Of a DNA stretch of 64,000 nt, positions 19,641 to 28,126 are shown piece by piece; position 1 is the stretch's first letter, and each line of letters opens with the position of its first letter. Source of the DNA: Thermoleophilia bacterium (GTDB taxonomy: Bacteria > Actinomycetota > Thermoleophilia > RBG-16-64-13); contig JAOAGT010000005.1 of NCBI GenBank assembly GCA_026415615.1, positions 2,447 to 66,446 on the forward strand, in the 5' to 3' direction. The position numbers and the translations under genes were made by a program. A model generated the notes under the pieces. That model did no database searches. It saw nothing but the letters and a program-made list of their open reading frames with translations, and had not been told where the DNA came from.

Positions 19641-19790
19641 GAGTCCCGAGAGATCAGACGCAGTGTCTGAGGAGCTCACAAAGGGACCTGTGGAGGAAAC
19701 GCAGAACTAAATGGCTGCGGAGTACAGTGAGGCAGGTCTAAAGTGGGAGCCGTTGAAAGGCACAAAGCGAGGTCACTCGGGGCTCGCTTT
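19641..19790 (+). ncRNA. candidate structured small RNA (rod-like, 6S-RNA-like architecture)
   Basis: Starts about 7 nt after the -10 box. The 5' arm (19641-19655) pairs with the 3' arm (19771-19785) at 14 of 15 positions, counting three G-U pairs, with one A/A mismatch. Inner helices: GACCTG/CAGGTC (19685-90 with 19733-38) and CGCAG/CTGCG (19700-04 with 19715-19), separated by unpaired internal loops. Followed by GCTTTTT. No covariance model was run. Confidence 0.35.
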
Positions 19791-20630
19791 TTGTGGTTGG
19801 CACTGCGGGCAATAGACGCTTCCCCTCCCAGCAACTACTACTCGAACTAGAACCGCCCCACAGCGAAAGCAGTTCTCTCCTTGTCTTCCGTACGCCCTTA
19901 GCCATTTCTGAAATCCCCCTGGGTTCCCTTTGGTATCCATAAAATCAGAAATTGAACACCCCAAGAGTCTCACCCCCTCTCCCAATACCCGCCTAATCTC
20001 TGCGGCTAGGCGCGCCGTTTCGCGTGGACCTAAAGTGAGGCAGGGTCGGAGCGGACACAGCCTTGCCCACCAAAGAATCTCGTCAGAGTAGATGTTTCCT
20101 ATCCCGCTCAATTGACGTTGATCAAGGAGGAACGCTTTCAGGGGAGTTCTTCTGCCAGCCAATCTGCGCACAAGGTACTCCAAGTCCCACTGTCCCTGCC
20201 ACGCGTCGGGGCCAAGAAGAGAAAGTCGAGACGCAGGACCCCCTAGAGTTAGATGCAGGCGACCGAATTTGCGCATATCTCGAAACTCAAGGTGACAAGT
20301 CTTGCCGCACCGACTACGAAGCTCAAAGGCAAAGCGGGTGTGGTCGCCAGCATCGGGCGGGTCGACCAACAACTGCCCTGTCATGCCCAGGTGAATGGTC
20401 AGATAGACGGGTGCCATGTTGGCTTTGGGAGGATCAAGCTCGACCACCAAGAACTTTCCCACCCGTTCAATCAGACCAACTCTTGCTCCTGGAAGCTGGC
20501 TCTCCAAGTCTTCGGGGGTGCAGTCCATAAGCATGCCTGGCTCCACCCGAAGAACAGACACGAATTGTGATCCTATCAGAGCTTCGGCCAGCTGGCGTCG
20601 GATTGTCTCGACTTCAGGCAGCTCCGGCAT
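19773..20630 (-). CDS. mutM: formamidopyrimidine-DNA glycosylase
   Basis: N-terminus MPELPEVE, an H2TH domain and a C-terminal zinc finger CFRCG...CPQC. Confidence 0.93.
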   Translation of the reverse strand: MPELPEVETIRRQLAEALIGSQFVSVLRVEPGMLMDCTPEDLESQLPGARVGLIERVGKFLVVELDPPKANMAPVYLTIHLGMTGQLLVDPPDAGDHTRFAFELRSRCGKTCHLEFRDMRKFGRLHLTLGGPASRLSLLGPDAWQGQWDLEYLVRRLAGRRTPLKAFLLDQRQLSGIGNIYSDEILWWARLCPLRPCLTLGPRETARLAAEIRRVLGEGVRLLGCSISDFMDTKGNPGGFQKWLRAYGRQGENCFRCGAVLVRVVVAGRGSVYCPQCQPQKASPE

Positions 20631-20653
20631 GCTCGTCCTATTCTGCAGAAGCC

Positions 20654-22444
20654 CTACATGCTTTCGGGAGCGCTCACTCCCAGCAGGTCAAGACACCGGC
20701 CGATCACGCGTTTGGTAAGCACACAAAGAGCAAGGCGCGACGCCGCTGTTGCTGGCTTAGTGCCAAGTACGCGACAATGGCGGTAGAACACGTGAAAGTC
20801 TCCTGCCAGATCTTGAGCATACGCAGCAATCCGGTGAGGAGCTCTCCGCTGGGCTGCATCTTGCACCACCGCCCCAAAGCTTTCCAGCCGTTTGATCAGA
20901 TCCCGCTCGTATACGCTGGAGAAAACCGCCCTGTCAGTAGGGACCGCCGCCTCCAAATCCAGCGGCGCGTTGCGCAAGATGCTCGCGATGCGGGCGTGAG
21001 CATACTGTACGTAGTACACCGGGTTTTCCTGAGACTGGCGTCGCGCCAGATCAAGATCTAGATCCAGCGTCTGGTCGGGGGAACGTGACACTAAGAAGAA
21101 CCGGGCTGCGTCTACCCCGATAGCCTCAGTGAGTTCTCTTAGGGTGACCATTTCGCCCCGGCGAGTCGACATCTGCTTGAGCTCTCCCTGCTCGAGCAAA
21201 TTGACCAGCTGGCCAATGATCACTTCTAACGTGTCAGCCCGACCGGACAAAATCTCAACTGCCGCTTTCATACGGGGGACATACCCATGGTGATCTGCGC
21301 CCCAGATGTTTATGAGGTGGTCAAAACCGCGCTCGAGCTTGTTCTCGTGATAGGCGATGTCGGCCGCAAAATAAGTGGGCTGGCCGTTTTTTCGAATAAG
21401 CACGCGGTCTTTATCGTCACCCCGCGTGCTCGTTCTCAGCCATATCGCTCCATCCTTTGAATAGGCTTCACCCGAGGCAAGTAGCCGCTCAACCACCCTT
21501 TGTACTCGACCGCTCGTGTGAAGAAAGCTTTCGCTGAACCAGACGTCAAATACAACTCCGAAACGCTCTAGTTCTTCGCGAATCTGCGCAAGCATTGCTT
21601 GGCAGCTCCGCTCCCTAAAGTAGGCAAGCGCTTCGGGTAAGCCACGGACTTCGGGCCACTCCACGCTCTCTAAAGCAGCTTCGCCTTCTTCGCCCTCGTC
21701 CTCGTCTAGAAGGTCAACCGCACGCACCGTCGCAGACAATGACTCTCGTCCACCCTTGCTAAGAGCAGCAGCCACTTCCTCCAAAACGCCAAGGTACTTA
21801 TCTCCGACCTCCGCTCTTAGAGCAAGAGCAATATCCTTAACGTATTCGCCCTGATATCCATCCTCAGGTACGGGCAGTTCGACTCCAAACGACTGGGCAT
21901 ATCTCGCCGCTACACTGCGACCGAACCGGTCCATTTGACGACCATAGTCATTTATGTAGTACTCGGTGGAAAGGGTGTGCCCGCTGTACTTCAACAATCG
22001 TTGGAGAGAGTCGCCGTAAGCCGCGTAGCGGCCGTGACCTACATGCAGAGGACCATTTGGATTAACACTTACAAACTCAAGATTTATCCGCGGATAAGGC
22101 TTGTCGGTCCCCTTCCCTATCAGGTCCCCCTGGGCCAGCATCTCTCTTACTGCCTGCGCGTAAGCAAAGGGCGACAAGTAGAAGTTGAGGAAACCAGGGC
22201 CTGCCACCTGTATGTCCTCCACTACCTCCCTAACCGGAGGCGCAGCCAGCAAGCGCTCCCTCAGCTCCTCGGCGAGAACACGGGGAGGCGCGCCAGCTCT
22301 CTTGGCCACCTGCATGCACATTGGAGTGGCGTAATCCCCATGAGCCTCCTCGCTAGGACGCTCTAACTGACACACGGGGATATCCTTCAAGCCACGCGCT
22401 TCCGCCCATTCGGCGACAACTCTCTGCACCCGTTCAGATATCAC
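20654..22444 (-). CDS. argS: arginine--tRNA ligase
   Basis: 596 aa. PNGPLHVGHGR (HIGH) motif, class I catalytic core and DALR anticodon-binding domain. Confidence 0.95.
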   Translation of the reverse strand: MISERVQRVVAEWAEARGLKDIPVCQLERPSEEAHGDYATPMCMQVAKRAGAPPRVLAEELRERLLAAPPVREVVEDIQVAGPGFLNFYLSPFAYAQAVREMLAQGDLIGKGTDKPYPRINLEFVSVNPNGPLHVGHGRYAAYGDSLQRLLKYSGHTLSTEYYINDYGRQMDRFGRSVAARYAQSFGVELPVPEDGYQGEYVKDIALALRAEVGDKYLGVLEEVAAALSKGGRESLSATVRAVDLLDEDEGEEGEAALESVEWPEVRGLPEALAYFRERSCQAMLAQIREELERFGVVFDVWFSESFLHTSGRVQRVVERLLASGEAYSKDGAIWLRTSTRGDDKDRVLIRKNGQPTYFAADIAYHENKLERGFDHLINIWGADHHGYVPRMKAAVEILSGRADTLEVIIGQLVNLLEQGELKQMSTRRGEMVTLRELTEAIGVDAARFFLVSRSPDQTLDLDLDLARRQSQENPVYYVQYAHARIASILRNAPLDLEAAVPTDRAVFSSVYERDLIKRLESFGAVVQDAAQRRAPHRIAAYAQDLAGDFHVFYRHCRVLGTKPATAASRLALCVLTKRVIGRCLDLLGVSAPESM

Positions 22445-22508
22445 CTGCTATGGCTCCTTCTTCGCTCTTTGCCCTCTTTGTTCACCAGAGACAACAATGC
22501 AGTGGCAA

Positions 22509-22973
22509 TCAACGGTGATAAGGCTCTCCCCGCTCAATACGGATGGCGCGGTATAGCTGCTCAAGGACGATACAGCGCGCCATCTGGTGTGGGAAGGTTA
22601 ATTTTGACAGAGACCACACCGTATCCGCCTTCTCCAGAATGCCAGCAGACAGTCCCGTTGGTCCACCAAGGACAAACTGGAAACTGCTCGTCCCTGCTCT
22701 GAGTTTTTCCGCCAGAAATGCACTCAGCCCTTCCGAAGAAAACTCTGTCCCTCGGGGGTCTACAGCTATCAGAAAAATGTCGGACCGCAACCGCTCCAGT
22801 AACTGTGCCGCCTCTTTGGCCTGCGCCTGTGTCGTCCCCATACTCGAAGGTGCTTCAGGGACCTCTCGTACCTCGATCCGGGCATATGGACGCAAGAGCC
22901 CCACGTAATGATCCCATACACCCTGGTACTCGCGATTTAGCCGACCCACGCAAATGAAAAAGAACCGCACCAC
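22509..22973 (-). CDS. rlmH: 23S rRNA (pseudouridine1915-N3)-methyltransferase RlmH
   Basis: 154 aa SPOUT protein with FVLGGPTGLS and LSKLTFPHQMAR motifs. Confidence 0.9.
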   Translation of the reverse strand: MVRFFFICVGRLNREYQGVWDHYVGLLRPYARIEVREVPEAPSSMGTTQAQAKEAAQLLERLRSDIFLIAVDPRGTEFSSEGLSAFLAEKLRAGTSSFQFVLGGPTGLSAGILEKADTVWSLSKLTFPHQMARCIVLEQLYRAIRIERGEPYHR

Positions 22974-22976
22974 CGC

Positions 22977-23675
22977 TTATAGGAAGGGCAGATCCTCGTC
23001 GAAATCTTCTTCTTCAAGTAGCCTGCGCTTACGCCTCTCCCCCTTGTCCATCGACTCTCTCACAAGGGTAGGCATAGCTCGCCACAAGCAAATGTCTTTT
23101 CTCAGATAACGATCCTTAATCTCTGCTGTGCACTCCATGGTGCATGTCAGACAAAGATCCGACTCGAGCGCCACCTTCTCTCGCCAAGGCCTCTCGCCCT
23201 CGTCGATGCGGCGATAAGCGTCGAGGAGCAGCGTGTCAACATCCAGAGGACGAATCATGGGTAGCGTAAACTGTTGGTCTTGTGCTCTTAGACTAAAGTT
23301 CCCCAGATTCCAGAACATCAGCTGCAGGACCACGTCGCCTAGATGCTTTTCCAACACATCCTCGAGTTTCTCCAGCTCCGCTGACGCAGCTTCCAGGAGA
23401 TAAGCTGCGACTGGCTTTGTATCCCCTTCCTCTGCCGCTAACATCCAGCATGCTCTAGCTCGCCGTTCCTCAAGAAGGCCGGAGGTTATCAGCCGCGCCT
23501 CCAGCTTTTCGTCCCACTCAGGCATGCTCGCCAGTGCAAGCCGCCCTCTATCGAAATACAGATTGCCCCTGTCTTCGTAGTCTTCCACCACCAGACAGCC
23601 GGATTTTCTCTGCATGGCCAGAAACTGGAAAACTGCAGTGAGTGGGAATTCTTCTATGCGGCCCCATAGCAACAT
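22977..23675 (-). CDS. DUF4388 (PATAN-like) domain protein
   Basis: The N-terminus FPLTAVFQFLAMQRKSGCLVVE...GNLYFDRGRLALA matches the DUF4388 pattern. The C-terminal part contains CLTCTMEC. 3 nt upstream of rlmH. Confidence 0.6.
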   Translation of the reverse strand: MLLWGRIEEFPLTAVFQFLAMQRKSGCLVVEDYEDRGNLYFDRGRLALASMPEWDEKLEARLITSGLLEERRARACWMLAAEEGDTKPVAAYLLEAASAELEKLEDVLEKHLGDVVLQLMFWNLGNFSLRAQDQQFTLPMIRPLDVDTLLLDAYRRIDEGERPWREKVALESDLCLTCTMECTAEIKDRYLRKDICLWRAMPTLVRESMDKGERRKRRLLEEEDFDEDLPFL

Positions 23676-23817
23676 ATGCTGATTCTAACCCAACCCCGGC
23701 GCGTTTGTATCGGTTTAGTTCAGAACCGCCCTTGAGAGCTACCACTGGACAGATTTCGCCTTAGCCGATACAGTCTTGGCGTTGTTACAACAGTCACGGA
23801 CCAAGGAGGTCAAATAC

Positions 23818-24420
23818 ATGGAGCAGACCAAAGAAAAGGTGCTCGCAGCGGTGCAGGACACTACCGCCAACCCAGCACCCCTGGGACTCCTGGGCTTTGG
23901 CATGACCACCGTGTTGCTCAACATTCACAACACCGGCTTTTACGAACTCGGGGCCATGATTTTGGCCATGGGAGTCTTCTACGGCGGCCTCGCTCAGATT
24001 TTTGCCGGCTGGATGGAATGGAAAAAGGGCAACACCTTCGGAACGGTGGCCTTCTCTTCTTATGGCCTTTTCTGGCTGACGCTCGTTGGCCTCCTCTTGG
24101 GCCCGAAGCTTGGCTGGTGGGAAGGCACCTCTGAGGGCCTAATGGCTTGGTACTTCTTCTTCTGGGGACTCTTTACTCTTTGCATGTTCATTGGCACTCT
24201 TAGACTTAATCGGGCGTTGCAAGTGGTCTTTGCCACTTTGGTGATTCTCTTCTGGTTGCTCGCTATTCGCGACTGGGCTGGCGGCAACGAGATCGTCGGC
24301 AAGATCGCTGGGTGGGAAGGCATTATCTGCGGTCTATCCGCTATTTACGCCGCCTTTGCTCAGATCCTAAACGACGTTTACGGGCGTGTGATTCTTCCTC
24401 TTGGCCCAGTCAAGAAATAG
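23818..24420 (+). CDS. GPR1/FUN34/YaaH family acetate/succinate channel
   Basis: [18 protein letters not shown] signature and six hydrophobic segments. ATG 23818 is preceded by AAGGAGG; the ORF track start at 23776 is less likely. Confidence 0.88.
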   Translation: MEQTKEKVLAAVQDTTANPAPLGLLGFGMTTVLLNIHNTGFYELGAMILAMGVFYGGLAQIFAGWMEWKKGNTFGTVAFSSYGLFWLTLVGLLLGPKLGWWEGTSEGLMAWYFFFWGLFTLCMFIGTLRLNRALQVVFATLVILFWLLAIRDWAGGNEIVGKIAGWEGIICGLSAIYAAFAQILNDVYGRVILPLGPVKK

Positions 24421-24482
24421 CTAAACCAAGAAACAGCCGCCGGTGGGCAGATAACACCGCCGCGCTTTAGACGGAACGGAAA

Positions 24483-24520
24483 GCCCGGGGAAGAAAGCAC
24501 CACTTCCCCGGGCCTCTTTT
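24483..24520 (+). terminator. bidirectional intrinsic terminator between the channel gene and the ABC permease gene
   Basis: 11-bp stem GCCCGGGGAAG / CTTCCCCGGGC with a 9-nt loop, then CTCTTTT. An A-rich tract upstream gives a T-run on the other strand. Confidence 0.65.
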
Positions 24521-24557
24521 ACCACCACTTTCCCGGGCCTCTTTTGACAACGCCAAT

Positions 24558-25421
24558 TCAGTCTCTGAGTGCCTTGGCCGCCAATTTCCGAGCCAAGCGC
24601 CACACTGAGCCCCGGCCTGGGGCAAAAAGATAGGCCACTAGAAAAATCGCGGTCGCCGCCAGTACTACCGCCGCACCCGAAGCCACGTCGCAGTAGTAGC
24701 TAGCGTAAAGCCCCGCTACAGAAGAAACAACGCCGATTGTCGCCGAGACAGCCATCATGCTCGGAAGGCGCCGGACCAAGAGATACGCTGCCGCCGGAGG
24801 GGTCACTAGCATTGCCGCCACCAGGGCCACCCCGACAGCTCTTAGCGAGACTACGATGGCAACCGCAAGAAGCACGAAGAGAACTGTGCGAAGCAAGCTT
24901 GTCCGCAACCCGAGAGTGCGTCCCAAGATGGGGTCAAAGGAAAGTACCAGAAACTGGCGGTATAGAAGAAACACGGCAAGTAACACACCAGCCCCCAAGC
25001 TTCCCGAGAGCACGAGGTCAGCGCGGCTGATGCCTAGGACGTTACCAAAAAGCACGTGAGTGAGGTCAGCAGCGTACGAATCCATGGTGCTCATGAGAAG
25101 CACCCCAAGTGCGAGAGCCGCCGCGAAAAAAATGCCGATGGCAGTGTCCTCCCGCACTTTACCTGAACGTGATACAAGGCTTATGCCTGCCGACACCAGC
25201 AGCGCCGCCACCAGAGCCCCGGCCAAAAGATTGATCCCAGCTAAGTAGGCCACAGCTACGCCGGGCAGTATGGCGTGAGCCAGAGCATCACCCAAGAAAG
25301 CCATGGCGCGAAGAACTACGTAACAGCCGATCACCGAGCAGACGATCCCGACGATCAAGGAGCCAACCAACGCCCGCTGCATAAAGGCATAGGAAAATGG
25401 TTCTGTTATCCAGTGCATCAT
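24558..25421 (-). CDS. metal (Zn/Mn) ABC transporter permease (ABC-3 family)
   Basis: 287 aa, about 8 hydrophobic segments, ZnuB/MntB-like sequence (FMQRALVGSL..., GDALAHAILPGVA). Confidence 0.9.
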   Translation of the reverse strand: MMHWITEPFSYAFMQRALVGSLIVGIVCSVIGCYVVLRAMAFLGDALAHAILPGVAVAYLAGINLLAGALVAALLVSAGISLVSRSGKVREDTAIGIFFAAALALGVLLMSTMDSYAADLTHVLFGNVLGISRADLVLSGSLGAGVLLAVFLLYRQFLVLSFDPILGRTLGLRTSLLRTVLFVLLAVAIVVSLRAVGVALVAAMLVTPPAAAYLLVRRLPSMMAVSATIGVVSSVAGLYASYYCDVASGAAVVLAATAIFLVAYLFAPGRGSVWRLARKLAAKALRD

Positions 25422-25427
25422 CTGACC

Positions 25428-26237
25428 TCAAGCGCTTTCGTGCGGCTTATCACACGACTCGCATAGGCAGCTGTCTGTTCCTCCCACGGGGCCGTGCCCT
25501 CCACAACACTGGTCAACCACTGCAATCTTCCCGTTGACAAGCACCATCTGACTGCCGAAGGCCCGGGCCAGATTCTCCTGGGTAAATACCTCCTCAGGCA
25601 TCCCCGCCGCGACCAGCCGGCGGTTGAGGAGCACCACCTCATCAAAACGCGCCGAGGCGAGATCAAGATCATGGGTCGAAACAAGTGTAGTTACGCCCTG
25701 ATGGCGCAGCTCGTCGAGCAATCCCAGAATGGCCTCCTTGGTGGCAAGGTCTACACCTGTAAAAGGCTCATCCAGTAAGAGCACATGGGGCTCCTGGGCC
25801 AAGGCTCGAGCAAGAAACACTCGCTGTTGTTGTCCACCGGAGAGCTCGCCTATAGGCCGATCAGCCAAGAAGGCAACTCCTAACCTCTCCAGGCTACTCT
25901 GTATGAGTTCTCGGTCGCGGGAACTGAGGCGTGCCAGCCACTTTCCTTGACCGTAGCGCCCCATGGCCACAACGTCGTAGACAGTTACTGGAAAACGCCA
26001 GTCGACCTCCTCGCGTTGAGGCACATACGCTATAGGGTCACGGATTCGAGAGGGCGAGTGTCCATGAATCAGAACGCTGCCTTCCTCGGGAGAAACCAGT
26101 CCCACCAGTACTTTAAACAGTGTTGACTTGCCCGCGCCATTTGGCCCCACTACTGCCACTTGGGCGCCATGACGCACGCGAAGAGTGATCCCATCAAGCG
26201 CTTTCTTCCCACCATACGAGACAGATAGGTCCCTCAT
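25428..26237 (-). CDS. metal ABC transporter ATP-binding protein with Cys/His-rich C-terminal tail
   Basis: Walker A GPNGAGKST, signature LSGGQQQR and Walker B LLLDEP. The start is set at MRDLSVSYGG (rc of 26235-26237); the ORF track start at 26345 would overlap the binding-protein gene by 37 nt. Tail: DQCCGGHGPVGGTDSCLCESCDKPHESA. Confidence 0.9.
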   Translation of the reverse strand: MRDLSVSYGGKKALDGITLRVRHGAQVAVVGPNGAGKSTLFKVLVGLVSPEEGSVLIHGHSPSRIRDPIAYVPQREEVDWRFPVTVYDVVAMGRYGQGKWLARLSSRDRELIQSSLERLGVAFLADRPIGELSGGQQQRVFLARALAQEPHVLLLDEPFTGVDLATKEAILGLLDELRHQGVTTLVSTHDLDLASARFDEVVLLNRRLVAAGMPEEVFTQENLARAFGSQMVLVNGKIAVVDQCCGGHGPVGGTDSCLCESCDKPHESA

Positions 26238-26308
26238 GTAAAGAAGCGAATCCTTCTCCAGGGCAGCGTCGGCCAACTCTCTTTTCGCTCTGCTAGTCCC
26301 CAGCCTCC

Positions 26309-27232
26309 TCACCGCAACGCCTCCACGATCCGCGTTACGTTCCACCGCATCATATCCAGATAAGTCTTCGCAGCCCCACCCAACGAATGAACGCGCAAGT
26401 CAGTTATCAGTTTGACTCCCGCCTCATCAGCAACTTGCTGTGCTACTTGCAGGTTATCACCCGCCTCTACAAAGATCGCTGGCGCCCCCGTTTGTCTGAT
26501 AGCCTCCACCAGACCGCTGAGTTGGCGAGGGGAGGGCGAGCCTTCCCCAGACACTGTGTTGAAGACAGCCCCTATAATGGTGAAGCCGTAGCGCTTGGCG
26601 AAGTAACCTAGACTCTCGTGATTGGTAACCAATAGACGCCTCGACGGAGGAATGGAGGCGATCTCCTTTCTGATCCACGCGTCTAGTTCCTGTAGTTGTT
26701 CGTTGTATTGAGCTTCAAGCCTGTGAAACACACTGGCTCGGGCTGGCACAAGTTTCGACAGCGCCTCGGCAATGTTCCCGGTATAAGTAACTATGTTAAG
26801 GGGGTCCAACCAAACGTGCGGGTCCTCTGACCTACCCGGTATGCCTTCTGCGGCTTCCACAAGCCGAGCTCTGTCCACTACCACGTTGTCGATAAGCTCA
26901 TCGAGCGAGGGCTCAAGCCCGCGAACGTTTATCACTACCAGGTTGGCCTCGGAGAGGAGACGAGCATCCTTGGGAGTCGCCTGAAAAGCGTGCGGATCGA
27001 CTTCTTCTGGAATCACAGCTTGAACTGTGGCCATCTCGCCAGCTACGTTCTTGACAATGTCGGCCAAGAAGCTTAGGTCGGTGGCTACCAGCAGCTGCCC
27101 CCCCTCCTGCGCACCCGCCTGTTTGGAGCAAGCACTTACCGACAGGAGCGCGAGCAACAGCAAGATAGCAACAACCCAGCGCGCCGACCGCGCTCTTGCG
27201 CGTCTTAGACCTGACCATGTGCTACACGACAT
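26309..27232 (-). CDS. metal ABC transporter substrate-binding lipoprotein (ZnuA/TroA cluster 9)
   Basis: Signal peptide with lipobox LSVSAC. DPHAF, DPHVWLDP and TNHESLGYFAKRYG motifs. Confidence 0.9.
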   Translation of the reverse strand: MSCSTWSGLRRARARSARWVVAILLLLALLSVSACSKQAGAQEGGQLLVATDLSFLADIVKNVAGEMATVQAVIPEEVDPHAFQATPKDARLLSEANLVVINVRGLEPSLDELIDNVVVDRARLVEAAEGIPGRSEDPHVWLDPLNIVTYTGNIAEALSKLVPARASVFHRLEAQYNEQLQELDAWIRKEIASIPPSRRLLVTNHESLGYFAKRYGFTIIGAVFNTVSGEGSPSPRQLSGLVEAIRQTGAPAIFVEAGDNLQVAQQVADEAGVKLITDLRVHSLGGAAKTYLDMMRWNVTRIVEALR

Positions 27233-27249
27233 CCAAATTCCTTTCTGGA

Positions 27250-27918
27250 TTACTTTCCAGCAAGCTGAGCAAGAAAGGCTCGGTCACGCACGTAAATGAC
27301 GCGACCACGGGATTCAATCGCTCCAGCTCGCTCCAGTTGCGCCAATGACCGAGAGAGGGTCTCGGGGACAGTTCCCAGAGCTGTCGCCAGCTCCTTCTTT
27401 GACAAACTCAACGTTATGGCGTTGTCCGAGGGGCTATCTGTCCCCTGAGAAAGGATGTAGCTAGCCACACGTTCCGATACGTCCCGCAGGGCAAGGTCTG
27501 CAACCAGCTCGGTGAGAGCACGTAAGCGTTGCGCTAGAACAGCAAGAAGTCGTACAGCCGCTTCAGGGTTTTTCCTAACTGCGGCAAGAAAGCTACTTCG
27601 GGGCAAGTAGACGGTTTTCACCGGCTCCAGCGCCACCGCGGTTGCAGGGTACCTCCCCCCCAGCAACGCCGCTACCTCCCCCAGTGGTTCACCAGCTCTC
27701 GCAAAAAGCAGGGTCTGCGCGCGACCGCGAGGGGAAGTCTTGTAAACCTTCGCCCTGCCGGCAACCAATACGTGCAACCCTTCGGCCTGTTCGCCTTCTC
27801 GGAAAATCACCGCGCCCTTGTCAAACTGCAGATGTAAGCCTCCACGGGCCACTTCTTCTAGACCAGCATCTTCCAGAGCGCTCAGAAACCTGCTGCCGGC
27901 CAAAAACGCTCCTGTCAA
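27250..27918 (-). CDS. Crp/Fnr family transcriptional regulator
   Basis: 222 aa. cNMP-binding beta-barrel (FDKGAVIFREGEQAEGLHVLVAGRAKV) plus C-terminal HTH (SKKELATALGTVPETLSRSLAQLE). No FNR-type N-terminal Cys cluster. Confidence 0.9.
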   Translation of the reverse strand: MTGAFLAGSRFLSALEDAGLEEVARGGLHLQFDKGAVIFREGEQAEGLHVLVAGRAKVYKTSPRGRAQTLLFARAGEPLGEVAALLGGRYPATAVALEPVKTVYLPRSSFLAAVRKNPEAAVRLLAVLAQRLRALTELVADLALRDVSERVASYILSQGTDSPSDNAITLSLSKKELATALGTVPETLSRSLAQLERAGAIESRGRVIYVRDRAFLAQLAGK

Positions 27919-28012
27919 GGTTTCCCTCCCAAGGTAAGACCCTCACTGGCCGCGTACGCCACACTTTCCGTCCAGTCATTGGATACTGGACCTAAGCTTC
28001 TTGACCTCAGTT

Positions 28013-28029
28013 TCTTGATTTGTGTCAAG
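28013..28029. promoter_or_regulatory. candidate Crp/Fnr-type operator in the regulator-hcp intergenic region
   Basis: Palindrome CTTGA-N7-TCAAG, about 100 nt upstream of the hcp ATG. It resembles the FNR half-sites TTGAT/ATCAA, but the spacing is one nt longer than the canonical TTGA-N6-TCAA. Confidence 0.3.
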
Positions 28030-28126
28030 AGCAGCACGGGCTCCCGTTTATCTTAGCCTGCCCAGCGGTATCAGATATCCAGACTTCTAAGGCAAAGTTG
28101 CAGGCCGTCCAAGGAAGGGAGGCATC

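Noticed and set aside
19433-19795. SRP RNA, RNase P RNA or tmRNA in the 340-nt gap between tRNA-Gly and mutM
   Set aside because: Neither strand has a GGAA tetraloop with the flanking AGCA/GGCA domain IV pattern of SRP RNA. The GAGGAAAGTCCGGGC motif of RNase P is absent, as is the tRNA-like TTCGA...CCA end of tmRNA. The region is also too short for RNase P or tmRNA once the promoter is subtracted.
22445-22508. T-box or riboswitch leaders upstream of argS, cysS (59209-59254), lysA (17432-17497) and hisG (30759-30777)
   Set aside because: The available untranslated gaps are only 19-66 nt, far shorter than T-box, L-box or other riboswitch leaders.
27250-27918. Calling the Crp/Fnr regulator a true oxygen-sensing FNR
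   Set aside because: The N-terminus lacks the Cys cluster needed for the FNR [4Fe-4S] centre. Only the generic cNMP-binding fold and HTH are visible.
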